Part shown: piece by piece, positions 21,134 to 32,046 of the stretch
Numbering within the stretch: position 1 is the first letter of the stretch
Layout: every line of letters starts with the position of its first letter
Source: an uncultured Chloroflexia bacterium
GTDB taxonomy: Bacteria; Chloroflexota; Limnocylindria; Limnocylindrales; CSP1-4
Assembly: GCA_963752475.1 (NCBI GenBank)
Contig: CAVVYR010000007.1
Location: 64,001-128,000, forward strand
Length of the DNA stretch: 64,000 nucleotides
Direction: 5' to 3'
Program-made: the position numbers and the translations under genes
The notes under the pieces: model-generated
What the model saw: the letters and a program-made list of their open reading frames with translations, nothing else
Databases searched by the model: none
What the model was told of the DNA's origin: nothing

Positions 21134-21834
21134 CCGAACTCGCCGAGCTGCCGGTCGCGGCCCGACGCTGGCTCGGTCGCGCGACGCCGCACGGTCAGGT
21201 CGAGCTCTCGCACATCGCCATGAGCCAGACCGGGACGCTCGAGTCCGCCGACCGCTGGCTGGCGTTCCGTTCCGAGGCCACGTACCGCCCGAACCCGTTG
21301 GCCTTCGAGTGGCGCGCGCGGATGAGGGTGATGCTCGGGATCTGGGTCATCGCCACCGACGGACATGCCGATGGCGATGGCTGGGGCGGAGCCAAGCTCT
21401 GGGGCCTCAAGTCGATCGGTGCCAAGTCGGGTCCCGAGGTCCATGCGACCCAGCTCATCCGCAACATCGCCGAGCTGGTTTGGGTGCCCGACATCGCGCT
21501 GGCCGACCCTCGGCTGCGCTGGGGTGGTGGCGCCGAGACCTTCGAGATCCGCGCCGATGCGGCCGATCGTGAGGTCCTCGTCCGCTTCGAGGTGGACCAG
21601 GCGGGCGACATCACGCGGGCCCACAGCCCCGCTCGCCCGTACGACGTGCCCGAGGGTTTCGAGGACGCGCCGTGGCGCTACGACCTGGGCGATCATCGCG
21701 AGATCGACGGCGTGCGCATGCCGGCCTCGGTCGTGGCCACCTACCTGCTGCCAGACGAGCCGTGGGAGTACCTGCGAGCGCAGGTCACGAGCAGGCAGCG
21801 CTTCAGGGCCGGCGAGTCAGAGCCCTCGGCCTAA
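21130..21834 (+). CDS. Conserved hypothetical protein (DUF6544/DUF6920-like)
   Basis: WLAFRSEATY, AFEWRAR, IRNIAELVWVP, GVRMPASVVATY; translationally coupled. Confidence 0.65.
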   Translation: MTELAELPVAARRWLGRATPHGQVELSHIAMSQTGTLESADRWLAFRSEATYRPNPLAFEWRARMRVMLGIWVIATDGHADGDGWGGAKLWGLKSIGAKSGPEVHATQLIRNIAELVWVPDIALADPRLRWGGGAETFEIRADAADREVLVRFEVDQAGDITRAHSPARPYDVPEGFEDAPWRYDLGDHREIDGVRMPASVVATYLLPDEPWEYLRAQVTSRQRFRAGESEPSA

Positions 21835-21921
21835 CGCTTCGGTCTGGCGTTGGCGACGCTGGCCATCGGGGTGTAGCCTTCCGACCACGTTCAGCAAGTC
21901 ATCCCGTAGTCGAGGTCGTCC

Positions 21922-22592
21922 ATGTCCCGCTCGCTTCCCCGTGTGGCTACGGCCACCGCGCTCACCATCACCGCCGCGATGCTGGCGGTCCCGGCGGCGG
22001 CACAGGAGGGATCCGGCGAGCTCGAGGCGGGTGTGCTCGGTGAGATCCTGCCGTCTGAGGTCGGGGGCGTGCCCATGGACCCGCTGGAGCTCCCGTTCGA
22101 GATCGTCCTCGAGGGTGCCGATCCCGACAACCCCGATGATGTGGCCGGCGTCGCTGCCTTCGAGGCCTTCGCCGAGTCGCAGGGCGCCGGCATCGAGGAC
22201 TTCGTCTTCGGGAACGCGAGCGCGATCGATTTCGACACGGGCACCGGCATCTTGATCTCCGGCGCGCGCTCGACCGACCCGGAGACGACGCCAGACCTCG
22301 CGGCCTTCGTGGAGCTGATGCTGGCCCTCGACCCCGCGCTCACGCCCGGCGACTCCGACATGGCCGTGGAACCGGGCCAGATCGAAGGGCGCGATGTGCT
22401 GCTCGTCTCCCTTGAGGTGCTGCAGGACGGAGTCTTCGACGAGACCGACCACGTGGGCATCTCCGCTGGCGGCTACGCGCTGTTGCTCCAGGGAGACCCC
22501 GAGCCGATCCTCGAGGTCGTGGCCGCCCTCCCTGTCGATGAGGCGGTGCCCGCCGAGGAGACCGACGAGACGTGGAGACCGAGGAGGGCTGA
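21922..22592 (+). CDS. Secreted acidic hypothetical protein (true stop probably TGA at 22590 after an indel)
   Basis: Signal peptide ending PAAA-QE; acidic body; tail reads ...VETEEG* in a shifted frame. Confidence 0.6.
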
Positions 22593-22741
22593 TCGACATC
22601 GGAAGGCGGGCACCGGATCCCGAGCGGCGTCCTCGACACCGAGCTCCAGCCACCCCCCAGCACGCCACCGCCACCCGGTCGGGTAGCGGCCTCTACCCTG
22701 TCGACAACCGGACCTCCGAGGACTACGCTCCTCACTAGGGG

Positions 22742-24202
22742 GTGTCCACGATGCTGAACGCCAAGCGGCTCTACCTCTACAGCGTCCTGGGTGTACGCTC
22801 GCGATGTTGCTCATGGGGCGTGACATCCATCTTCCGTCTCGCGCTGCAGGCGATAGGGGCCGCCGCGGGCTCCGGAGACGCGGTCGGCGCAGACTGGCGC
22901 GTACGAGCTCAGCCTCCCGGGCCCTTCTGCTCGTGGCCGTGCCGGTGACTGGCGGTCTACCTCATGGCTCATCCGGCGGACCGTCGTTGATCGCTAGCGC
23001 TGCGCGATGCCGACAGCGGCATCGCGATCTGACGCACCAGGCGCATCGCCGCCATCCAGCTTAGAGCCCGGGCTCTACCGCGTGCGCTCTCAAGAGCGAG
23101 TACGGGCCCGCCGGCCACGCGCATCGCTGACCGCGATCCCTCGGTGCATTCGGCGCTCCGTCCTCGCTGAGCGGCGCGCCCGGTGATGGCCACCTCCGCC
23201 TACCTCGACGAAACGTCCCGTCGGATCGTGGCCAGCCGCTGGCCTAGGTTGGCCACATCCGCTGCGCTCGCTCCTCGCCTGCACGACAAGCTGGGAGCCT
23301 CGAGCAGGACATCGCCACTCTCTTCGCGGTCGCCGACAGGCGCCTGCCGCCGGTCGAGTGGGTCGACGCCGGCTGGCCGACGGTCGCCGACTGGGTCCAC
23401 GCCCTCCTGCCTCCGGACGCGCGTCGACTTCCTGGGTGCTGCCCTACAGTGGCTCGTCTTGCCGGCGCGGTCTCCGGAGCCTGCGCATCCTGGCGTTGCG
23501 ATGCCCCGCTCTGGTCGGGACGTATCGCGCCGCTGCTGATGTCGTGCCGCTGCCGCGGGAGGGGCGACCAGCACCGGCTGGTCCGAGGCCGCTCGGCGGC
23601 CCGGCGCTCGGCTCGCGTGCGACGGCTGGCTCGGGGCTCGGAGATCACCCGGGTGGCTCGACCGCCCACGGGGCCTACGATCCGGGCCTGCTCTTGCCGG
23701 ACGTGGCCTGCGCGGATGGCAGCACCGGCCAGGGCTTCGCGCGGCGGTTTCCTCGATGTCGGCCTGGGGCGCTCGCCGCGACTGTGCGCAGGCGTTCTGG
23801 GGCGGACTCGGCGCATGCGAGCCTCGTGCTCGACTGCCTTCTCGGCCCTCGCTGTCGTGGCTACTGGTCGCCCTATGCGGAGCTGGCGTACAGCTCATCC
23901 GTGGGGTTCTCGATCGCTGGTCCTGGATCGAAGCCGGCCTGGGCCTCTCCGCGGCGGACGGGCGCCGTGTGTCGGGCTATCATCTGCTCCTCCTCCGGCC
24001 GTGGCGCCTGGCCGGGCGCCGGTGCCCAGCGGAATCACCGACGGCGAGGGCGCGACCATACCGCAGGGTCGCCGAGACCCAACGCCGAGCTCGCGCCGGC
24101 CGATGCATCGAGCGCTAGGCCGTCAACGCGGCCATCCGAGCCGATCTGCCCGAGGGCTCGGAGATGCGGGTGCTACCCGGACCGAACTGGGGCACGCTCT
24201 GA
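22742..24202 (+). pseudogene. DUF5671-like membrane protein, heavily disrupted (pseudogene or low-quality consensus)
   Basis: MLNAKRLYLYSVLGV start; hydrophobic fragments in alternating frames; C-terminal VNAAIRADLPEGSEMRVLPG...*. Confidence 0.5.
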
Positions 24203-24484
24203 GCTCAGCGCATCGCGATCGGGGCGAGGCCGCATCATGACCGTGCGAGGTCGTCGAACTCCGCGCCGGAGCCGCGCGGCGACCACGCCGTACGAGACTG
24301 CGCGCGCCGCCCACGAAGCGCACGGCGCTACAGGCGCTGGCCGGATCATGAGCGGCATGACACCGCGACGAGGCCGGAGGCGGAGAGGCGCGGCACGTCG
24401 AGGTTGTAGGCACACGCTCGGACATCGGTGCCGCTGCAGCGATACCGTTGCCGGAGCCACCAACCCGCACCATCGGATACGCCC

Positions 24485-26187
24485 GTGAACCCGAAGAGCC
24501 CCACGCCCGAGAACCAGCGAGCGACCCTCCGACTTCATCCGCGACATCGTGGCCGCGGACGTCGCGGCCGGCCGGCACGAGACCATCGTGACCCGCTTTC
24601 CGCCGGAGCCCAACGGCCACCTCCATATCGGGCATGCCAAGTCCATCGCGCTGAACTACGGCATCGCCCGGGAGTTCGGCGGTCGCTTCCACCTGCGCTT
24701 CGACGACACCAACCCGGAGAAGGAGGAGCAGGAGTACATCGACGCCATCGAGGAGGACGTGCGCTGGCTCGGTGCCGACTGGGGCGATGACCTGTTCTAT
24801 GCCTCGGACTACTTCGAGCAGCTCTACGAGTGGGCGTTGCACCTCATCGATGAGGGGCTCGCCTACGTCGACGAACTCTCCGCCGAAGAGATCCGCGAGT
24901 ACCGCGGCACGCTTACCGAGCCCGGCCGGCCCAGCCCGTACCGCGATCGCACCCCGCAGGAGAATCGCGATCTGCTGGCCCGCATGCGCGCCGGGGACTT
25001 CCCCAACGGCGGCCCGGTGCTGCGTGCCAAGATCGACATGGCCTCGCCCAACATCAACATGCGCGACCCGGTCCTCTATCGCATCGTGCATGCCTCCCAT
25101 CCCCGCACCGGCGACGCCTGGTGCATCTACCCGACGTACGACTTCGCCCACGGCCAGGGCGACGCCATCGAAGGCATCACGCACTCCATCTGCACGCTCG
25201 AGTTCGAGAACCACCGCCCGCTCTACGACTGGCTCATCGAGCATCTGCCGGTGCCCTCGGTGCCGCACCAGTACGAGTTCGCCCGCCTCAACCTGACCTG
25301 GACGGTGCTGTCCAAGCGCTTCCTGCTCCGGCTCGTCGAGGACGGTCGGGTGCGCGGTTGGGACGATCCGCGCATGCCCACCATCGCCGGCCTGCGCCGG
25401 CGCGGCTATCCGGCGGAAGGCATCCGTGACTTCGCTGCCGCCATCGGCGTGTCCAAGGCCGCCTCCACCGTCGAGCTGGCGCGCCTCGAGTATCACGTCC
25501 GCCAGGTCCTCAACCGCGATGCCCAGCGGCGTATGGCGGTGCTGGATCCCGCTAAAGGTCGTCATCACCAACTACCCCGAGGACGGCGAGGACGAGCTCG
25601 ACGCGGTCAACAACCCCGAAGACGAAGCGGCCGGCAAGCGCAAGGTGCCGTTCTCCCGCGAGCTCTGGATCGAGCGCGGCGACTTCATGGAGGACCCGCC
25701 GCGCAAGTTCTTCCGGCTGGCCCCGGGTCGCGAGGTCCGACTGCGCTACGCCTACTTCATCACCTGCGACGACGTCGTCAAGGACGAGGCCGGCGAGATC
25801 GTCGAGCTGCGCTGCTCGTATGACCCTGCGACGCGCGGCGGCGATGCGCCCGACGGCCGCCGGCCCAAGGCCACGCTGCACTGGGTCTCCGCGAGGCACG
25901 CGGTGGCGGCCGAGGTGCGGGTCTACGAGTCGCTCTTCACGCGTCCCGACCCGGGGGCCGACGGCGACCTGCTCGATGACCTGAACCCCGAGTCCGAGCG
26001 CATCATCCCGCAGGCCTGGATCGAGCCGGCTGCGGCGGAGACCCCTATCGGTGAGACCGTCCAGTTCGAGCGGCTGGGCTACTTCTGCGCTGACCCTGAT
26101 TCGGCCGAAGGCAAGCTGGTCTTCGACCGCACGGTCACGCTCAAGGACACGTGGGCCAGGATGCAGAAGCAGGGCAGGAAGGGCTAG
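24485..26187 (+). CDS. glnS: Glutamine--tRNA ligase, apparent indels near 24520 and 25550
   Basis: [39 protein letters not shown]; after the shift [25 protein letters not shown]. Confidence 0.93.
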
Positions 26188-26789
26188 GGCCGCCCGACCA
26201 GCGTGTAGCTTCCGGGACCAGCGGCCTCGTCCGGGCAGCTGTCCGGCTCGTCCTCGCCCTCCGCGGTGGCCCAGGCGTAGAAGGCGAGCTCGTCAGGGTC
26301 GCCGATCAGCTTGCGGTCGACGCTCAGCGCCAGGGTCGGGCCCTCGACCGCCACGTCCACGACGCCCCAGAAGACCTCATCGCCCTCGGCAGCGGTGGCG
26401 TCGTAGAGTCCGGCTCCCGACTCGGTCATCTGTTCCAGCGTGGCTCCGTGGACGATGAGGGCGTAGTCGGCGTCATCGGGCATCACCGGGTCCGGCTCGG
26501 CCGACACCACCAGCCACAGCTCATCGGTGGTCCAGGTCTCAAGGTCGTATCCCAGTGGCGGATCCGACGCGAACTCCAGCTCGAAGCGGACAAGCAATTC
26601 GAAGGGCTCGCTGACGCTGCAGCCGATGAGGTCTGGTGTGCCCTCGGCGACGTCGCCGAGGGGATCCTCGTAGACCGCCGGTGGCCCCAGCGGCGGCTCC
26701 GTCGGCTCTGCCTCGATGTCGGCGGCAGTCGCCGGTGTCGCCAGCAGCATCGTCGCTGCTACCGTCCATCCAAGTCGGTTCGTACGCAT
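26184..26789 (-). CDS. Secreted acidic hypothetical protein
   Basis: Signal peptide ending ATA-AD; YEDPLGDV...PDL, Cys pair. Confidence 0.7.
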   Translation of the reverse strand: MRTNRLGWTVAATMLLATPATAADIEAEPTEPPLGPPAVYEDPLGDVAEGTPDLIGCSVSEPFELLVRFELEFASDPPLGYDLETWTTDELWLVVSAEPDPVMPDDADYALIVHGATLEQMTESGAGLYDATAAEGDEVFWGVVDVAVEGPTLALSVDRKLIGDPDELAFYAWATAEGEDEPDSCPDEAAGPGSYTLVGRP

Positions 26790-26826
26790 CGTCCGTTCCC
26801 CCTCTGCTGCGGCTCGTCGCAGCGGA

Positions 26827-28146
26827 TCAGCGAGCCTCGAGCGCCTCGGTGATGACCTCCGCCAGCGGCCGTCCCTCTGCCTGGGCCAGTTCGTAGCGCA
26901 CGCGCGTGACCGGCTTCTCGAGCTCGAGCAGCCACGCGAGGTCGATGGGCGTCGCCGCCAGGACGATCGTCGGCATCGGACGCTTCGAGCGTGCCGTCAG
27001 CTCCGCCATCTGCTGCTCGCCGTAGCCCATGGCCGGCACCAGCGGCTCCAGGTCCGGATAGCGCTCGAGCACGGCCTTGATGGAACCGACCGCGACCGGC
27101 TCGGGGTCGACCAGCTCGGCCGCACCGAAGCGCCTGGCGGCTACGACGCCGGCGCCATAGGTCATGCCGCCGTGCGTCAGCGTGGGCCCATCCTCGACCA
27201 CGACCACGCGCTTGTCGCCGATCGACGGCCCGTCGAGGAAGAGGTCCGAACGCGCGGTCAGGATCTCCGCCTCGGGGTTGACCGACTCGATGGTCGCGAT
27301 GACCGCGGCGAGGTCGTCCTCGGAGGCTGAGTCGATCTTGTTGATCACGACCACGTCGGCCATGCGCAGGTTGGTCTCGCCTGGGTGGAAGCGGGTCTCG
27401 TGGCCGGGCCGCAGCGGGTCGACCACGACGATGTAGAGATCGGGCAGGAAGAAGGGCAGGTCGTTGTTGCCGCCGTCCCAGAGCACGACGTCGGCCTCCT
27501 TCTCGGCCTCGCGCAGGATGGCCTCGTAGTCGACCCCGGCGAACACGACCCGGCCGGCCTCGAGATGTGGCTCGTACTCCTCACGCTCCTCGATGGTCGT
27601 GCGGTGGCGGGCGAGGTCCTCGTAGCTCGCGAACCGCTGCACCCGCTGGGCGACGAGGTCGCCGTAGGGCATCGGATGGCGCACCACCACCGAGGTCAGG
27701 CCCTGCTCCTCGAGCGCTGCTGCCACGGCGCGCGTGGTCTGGCTCTTGCCGCAGCCGGTACGCACGGCGCAGACCGCGATCACCGGCTTCGACGACTCGA
27801 GCATGATCCCGCGTGGCCCGATGAGCCCGAAATCCGCGCCGGCCGACATCGCCCGGGAAGCCGCGTGCATGACCGTCTCGTGGGGCACATCGCTATAGCT
27901 GAAGACGACGATGTCGATGTCGTTGTCGTAGATCAGCCGCTCCAGCTCCTCCTCGGGCACGATGGGGATGCCGTCGGGGTAGAGCTCGCCGGCGAGTTCT
28001 GGCGGGTAGCGGCGATCGTCGATGCCGGGGATCTGCGTGGCCGTGAAGGCCACCACCTCGGAGTCCGGATCGTCCCGGTAGACGACGTTGAAGTCATGGA
28101 AGTCACGCCCTGCGGCGCCCATGATGACGACCTTGGCTCGTTCCAC
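26827..28146 (-). CDS. Cyclic 2,3-diphosphoglycerate synthetase-like GTPase (COG2403)
   Basis: IMGAAGRDFHDFN, AVRTGCGKSQT, RHPMPYGDL, WDGGNND, EDGPTLTHGGM. Confidence 0.88.
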   Translation of the reverse strand: MERAKVVIMGAAGRDFHDFNVVYRDDPDSEVVAFTATQIPGIDDRRYPPELAGELYPDGIPIVPEEELERLIYDNDIDIVVFSYSDVPHETVMHAASRAMSAGADFGLIGPRGIMLESSKPVIAVCAVRTGCGKSQTTRAVAAALEEQGLTSVVVRHPMPYGDLVAQRVQRFASYEDLARHRTTIEEREEYEPHLEAGRVVFAGVDYEAILREAEKEADVVLWDGGNNDLPFFLPDLYIVVVDPLRPGHETRFHPGETNLRMADVVVINKIDSASEDDLAAVIATIESVNPEAEILTARSDLFLDGPSIGDKRVVVVEDGPTLTHGGMTYGAGVVAARRFGAAELVDPEPVAVGSIKAVLERYPDLEPLVPAMGYGEQQMAELTARSKRPMPTIVLAATPIDLAWLLELEKPVTRVRYELAQAEGRPLAEVITEALEAR

Positions 28147-28261
28147 GATCGGCCTCCCGTGCGCCTCGGGCAGCGCTCGACGCAGTACCTTCGAGGTGCA
28201 CCGCGACTGTGCACCCACGTGTCAAGGGGTGCTAGGGCCCTTCGGCCTGTGCGAGTCAGCC

Positions 28262-28642
28262 TCAGGCGGCCAGCAGTGGCACCGAATAGGCGTCGAACGC
28301 GGAGTCACGCGTGACGATGGTCAGGCCCTCGATCCTCGCCTGGGCGATCAGGATGCGATCGAACGGGTCCGCGTGGTGTGGCGGCAGCTCAGCGACCTCT
28401 TGTGCGTGCAGGACGCTGACAGGCAGCTCGCGGAAGCCGTTGCTGGAGATGGCCTCGGCCACGTCGGTCGGCGAGTCGAGACGGCCCTTGCCGCGCTTGA
28501 TCGACATCTCCCATGCCGAGGCGGCACTGAGGTACACGACCCTCGATGGATCCTCCATGGCATCTCGTGCGGCCTCCGACAGGGCTGTTCCGCCCGCCAT
28601 CCACCAGAGAAAGGCGTGAGTGTCGAGAAGGAGGTGCGTCAA
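28262..28642 (-). CDS. vapC: VapC/PIN-domain toxin
   Basis: LLLDTHAFLWW, SAASAWEMSIK, HHADPFDRILIAQA, TRD. Confidence 0.95.
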   Translation of the reverse strand: MTHLLLDTHAFLWWMAGGTALSEAARDAMEDPSRVVYLSAASAWEMSIKRGKGRLDSPTDVAEAISSNGFRELPVSVLHAQEVAELPPHHADPFDRILIAQARIEGLTIVTRDSAFDAYSVPLLAA

Positions 28643-28893
28643 TCGATCATCCCGAACTCGCGAGCGATCTCCTCATCGACCTCATCGAAGCCCGGCAGCA
28701 TCTTGATCCGGCCCTTCCAGCCTCCAGGCACGCGCGGCTTGCGCTCCTCGCCATAGGGGACCAGCCGGGCTACCGGTCGGCCGTTGCGGGCGATGACGGT
28801 CTCTTCGCCCCGCTCGGCGCGCTCGACCAGCCGCGACAGGTGCGTCTTGGCGGCGTGGATGTTGACGGAGGTCCCGGGCTCGTGCGTGGCCAT
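28639..28893 (-). CDS. Phd/YefM-family antitoxin
   Basis: VNIHAAKTHLSRLVERAERGEETVIARNGRPVARLVP. Confidence 0.93.
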   Translation of the reverse strand: MATHEPGTSVNIHAAKTHLSRLVERAERGEETVIARNGRPVARLVPYGEERKPRVPGGWKGRIKMLPGFDEVDEEIAREFGMID

Positions 28894-28916
28894 GGACTTA
28901 GTCTAGTCTAGTCCAT
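28892..28916 (-). promoter_or_regulatory. Operator and leaderless promoter of TA module 2
   Basis: ATGGACT...AGTCCAT inverted repeat containing GACTTAGTC (28895-28903); minus strand TAGACT-6 nt-ATG. Confidence 0.65.
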
Positions 28917-28929
28917 CCTCGTGTCAAGC

Positions 28930-30789
28930 CTAGCGGCCCAGCCGGCGGTCCTCCAGGCGCTCGCGCGTCGGCACCAGCCACATCACGTCGTACGGGCCCA
29001 GCTCCAGGCGCAGTGTCGTGGCCGAGCCGTTCCAGTGCTCACCGGCGATGAGGTCGTACCAATGCTCGTCGTCGACCCCGAGTTCGCTGATGGGACACTC
29101 CACGTCGACGACCTCGTTGGTCACGTTGGTGAGGGCCAGCACGCGGCGCTCGCCGTCGGGGGAGATGCGCAAGGCGGTGAAGACCCGTGTCGACGGCGTG
29201 AGCACGCGCATCTCGCCGGCCGGATGGAAGGCGCGGTTGCGCGTGCGCATCTTGGAGATCTCGCGCTGCTCCAGGCGCAGGAGCGAGCGCTTGGAGCCCG
29301 GCTGATGGAGGTGCTCACGGTAGATCTCGGTGTCGATGACGCCGCGGTTGACGTCGCGCTTCACGCCGGTCTGCTCCACGAGTCTGTGGTCGTTCGGCAG
29401 GGCGATGGCCCCATGGGTGTAGATGCCAGGGATACCCTTGAGCACCAGCGCGATCGAGCGTGAGGCCACGTAGCGTTTGACCTGCAGCGCGATGGGCTCC
29501 GTGCTGCCGTCCATGTTGATGGCGCTCCACCAGGTGGTGTTGACCTCGTAGGGTTCTTCGCCGTCCTTCGTGGGTTTGTACGAGACGTAGGCGCCGTGGG
29601 TCTTGGCCACGTCGATCATCGCGTCGATCTGCTCGCGGGTGAGGATGCCCTTGACGCCCTGCACGCCGACCCCGTCGTGCGTGTCGAGCATGTTGAAGAG
29701 GTGCGTCTGGCCCGAGGGCAGCTCCAGCCCCGCGGCCCACTCGGAGATGGCGGTGGTGTCCTCGGCATAGAACGTGTGCAGCACCAGCGGCGGCAGGGCG
29801 AAGTTGTAGACCATGTGTGCTTCGTCGGTGCCGTCGCCGAAGTAGGAGATGTTCTGCTCGTGTGGCACGTTGGTCTCGGTCACCAGCGCCACCGACGGCG
29901 CCACCGTGTCGAGCACGTCGCGCAGGAGCTTGATGATCTCGTGGGTCTGGGGCAGGTGGATCGACTCTGTCCCCGGCTCCGACCAGAGGTAGGTGACCGC
30001 GTCGAGGCGGATGATGTCGGCGCCGCGCCGGACGTAGAACAGGAGTGCCTCGAGCACCGCCAGCAGCACCGCCGGGTTGCGGAAGTTGAAGTCGATCTGG
30101 TCGGGCGAGAAGGTCGTCCAGATGTACTTGGGCCCGTCGATGGTCTCGTAGCGGGTGAGGATGTCCGAGGTCCGCGGCCGGAAGATCTTGGAGCGCTGCT
30201 CGGGCGTGAGGTCGTCAGGCGAGTCGTAGGCGATGAAGAAGCCGGCGTACTGCGGCTCACCGCGCAGGAACCCGCGGAACATCTCGGAGCGTGACGAGGC
30301 GTGGTTGAAGACCGCATCGAACATCAGGTCGTAGTCGAAGGCCAGCTCACGCACCTGGTCCCACGAACCGACCTTGGGGTCGACCGCCTTGAAGTCGACG
30401 ACGCTGAAGCCACGGTCCGACGAGTAGGGGAAGAAGGGCAGCATGTGGATGGTGTTGATCGAGTCGTAGTAGGTCTCCACGAACCGGTGCAGCGCCCCGA
30501 TGCCGGTGGCGTCCTTGCTGCGCACGGCGTCGGCGTAGGTGATGAGGATCATGTCGCGCTCGGTGAAGCGATCGGCCGGGTCCAGGCCCTGCTCGTACTC
30601 GAGGAGCGCGGGTGGCTTGTGGGCGTGGTGGACCTTGAGGATCCGCTCGAGCTCGGGCATCGCCGCGCTCGCCGTCTCGAGGCCGTACAAGAGCTCGAGC
30701 CGTCCAAGCATGTGGGCATGGACGTCAGGGTCGATCTCGAGCAGGGGACGCGAGAAGTCCGGGTCTCGCTGATACGGGATGCGGGTCAT
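28930..30789 (-). CDS. GH13_18 sugar phosphorylase, probably glucosylglycerate phosphorylase
   Basis: PFFPYSSDRGFSV, WTTFSPDQID, RLDAVTYLW, TETNV, THDGVGV, PYEVNTTW. Confidence 0.88.
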   Translation of the reverse strand: MTRIPYQRDPDFSRPLLEIDPDVHAHMLGRLELLYGLETASAAMPELERILKVHHAHKPPALLEYEQGLDPADRFTERDMILITYADAVRSKDATGIGALHRFVETYYDSINTIHMLPFFPYSSDRGFSVVDFKAVDPKVGSWDQVRELAFDYDLMFDAVFNHASSRSEMFRGFLRGEPQYAGFFIAYDSPDDLTPEQRSKIFRPRTSDILTRYETIDGPKYIWTTFSPDQIDFNFRNPAVLLAVLEALLFYVRRGADIIRLDAVTYLWSEPGTESIHLPQTHEIIKLLRDVLDTVAPSVALVTETNVPHEQNISYFGDGTDEAHMVYNFALPPLVLHTFYAEDTTAISEWAAGLELPSGQTHLFNMLDTHDGVGVQGVKGILTREQIDAMIDVAKTHGAYVSYKPTKDGEEPYEVNTTWWSAINMDGSTEPIALQVKRYVASRSIALVLKGIPGIYTHGAIALPNDHRLVEQTGVKRDVNRGVIDTEIYREHLHQPGSKRSLLRLEQREISKMRTRNRAFHPAGEMRVLTPSTRVFTALRISPDGERRVLALTNVTNEVVDVECPISELGVDDEHWYDLIAGEHWNGSATTLRLELGPYDVMWLVPTRERLEDRRLGR

Positions 30790-31002
30790 CCTCTGTGGCT
30801 CCTCGCGTCGGACGGGCGTGGCTCAGGCAACCCGGAGGCTAGCACCCGGCGTGCTCAGCGCGAGGCACGGACACGCATCTGAGGCCACGCGGAGGCCGCC
30901 CGCGCGCTGCCCATGACCATCGGTGCACTTGACGGCTCACCCTACAAGACCGACAGTCAATGGTCCGGACCGCACCAGCGCCGGGGGACATGAGGCCGTC
31001 GC

Positions 31003-32046
31003 ATGCCTGAGACACTCGAAGACAAGCTCGTCGTGGGTATCTCTTCGCGCGCGCTCTTCGATCTCGACGAGGCCAACACGGTCTTCGAGCAGAACGGTCT
31101 CAGCGCCTTCCGTGAGTACCAGCGCGAGCATGAGCACGAGATCCTCGAGACCGGTACCGCCTTCCCCCTGGTCCGGGGCTTGCTCGCGGTCAACGAGCGT
31201 GCCGGCGAGCATCTCGTCGACGTCATCATCTTCAGCCGCAACGACGCGGACTCCGCCATGCGCGTCCTGCGCTCCATCGAGGCCTACGAGCTACCCATCA
31301 CCCGCGGCGTCTTCCGCGGCGGTCGCGACCCCTGGCCGATGTTGCCGGCGCTGAGCTGCGACGTCTTCCTCAGCGCGGAGTCCTCGCAGGTGCTCAAGGC
31401 GCGAGAGCAGGGCGTAGCCGCGGCTGTCATCCTGCCCGGCGCCCGGATGGCCAACGAGGACGTGACCGAGGTGCGCATCGCTTTCGACGGCGACGCGGTG
31501 CTCTTCGATCAGGCCTCGCAGCTGGTCTTCGATGAGCAGGGCCTCGACGCCTTCCACCAGCACGAGGACAGCCACCAGGACGAGCCCATGTCACCGGGCC
31601 CGTTCCGGCCCTTCCTCGACGGGCTTGCCCGCATCCAGGCGCATTTCGGTGCGGCCTCGCCGGTGCGAACGGCGCTGGTCACTGCCCGCGCCGCGCCGGC
31701 GCACTACCGGGTGGTCAACACCCTGCGCTCGTGGGGCGTCAACATCGACGAGACGTACTTCCTGGGCGGGGTCGACAAGACCGATGTGCTCAAGGCCTTC
31801 GGCGCCCACATCTTCTTCGACGATCAGCGCGTCCACGCCGAGCGCGCCTCGGCCCAGGTCCCGGCGGCCCAGGTGCTGTGGTCGGAGGACGACCTGCCCG
31901 CGGCCGATCAGCCTCCGCAGCCGGTGATCGTGAAGGGCAAGCGCAAGGCCAAGTCCGGCAAGGCCAAGCGGCCGAAGAAGGCCGCTACTCCTCGTGGAGG
32001 CTCGCGTCCGGCGGCCCCACGCGCACGGGCCCGAAGCGGACGCTGA
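31003..32046 (+). CDS. 5'-nucleotidase (cN-I-like family)
   Basis: LVVGISSRALFDL, RIAFDGDAVLFD, LVTARAAPAH, HIFFDDQ. Confidence 0.92.
   Translation: MPETLEDKLVVGISSRALFDLDEANTVFEQNGLSAFREYQREHEHEILETGTAFPLVRGLLAVNERAGEHLVDVIIFSRNDADSAMRVLRSIEAYELPITRGVFRGGRDPWPMLPALSCDVFLSAESSQVLKAREQGVAAAVILPGARMANEDVTEVRIAFDGDAVLFDQASQLVFDEQGLDAFHQHEDSHQDEPMSPGPFRPFLDGLARIQAHFGAASPVRTALVTARAAPAHYRVVNTLRSWGVNIDETYFLGGVDKTDVLKAFGAHIFFDDQRVHAERASAQVPAAQVLWSEDDLPAADQPPQPVIVKGKRKAKSGKAKRPKKAATPRGGSRPAAPRARARSGR

Noticed and set aside
25540-25560. Programmed frameshift or split glnS
   Set aside because: No slippery heptamer; one extra C in a short run, like other indels in the window
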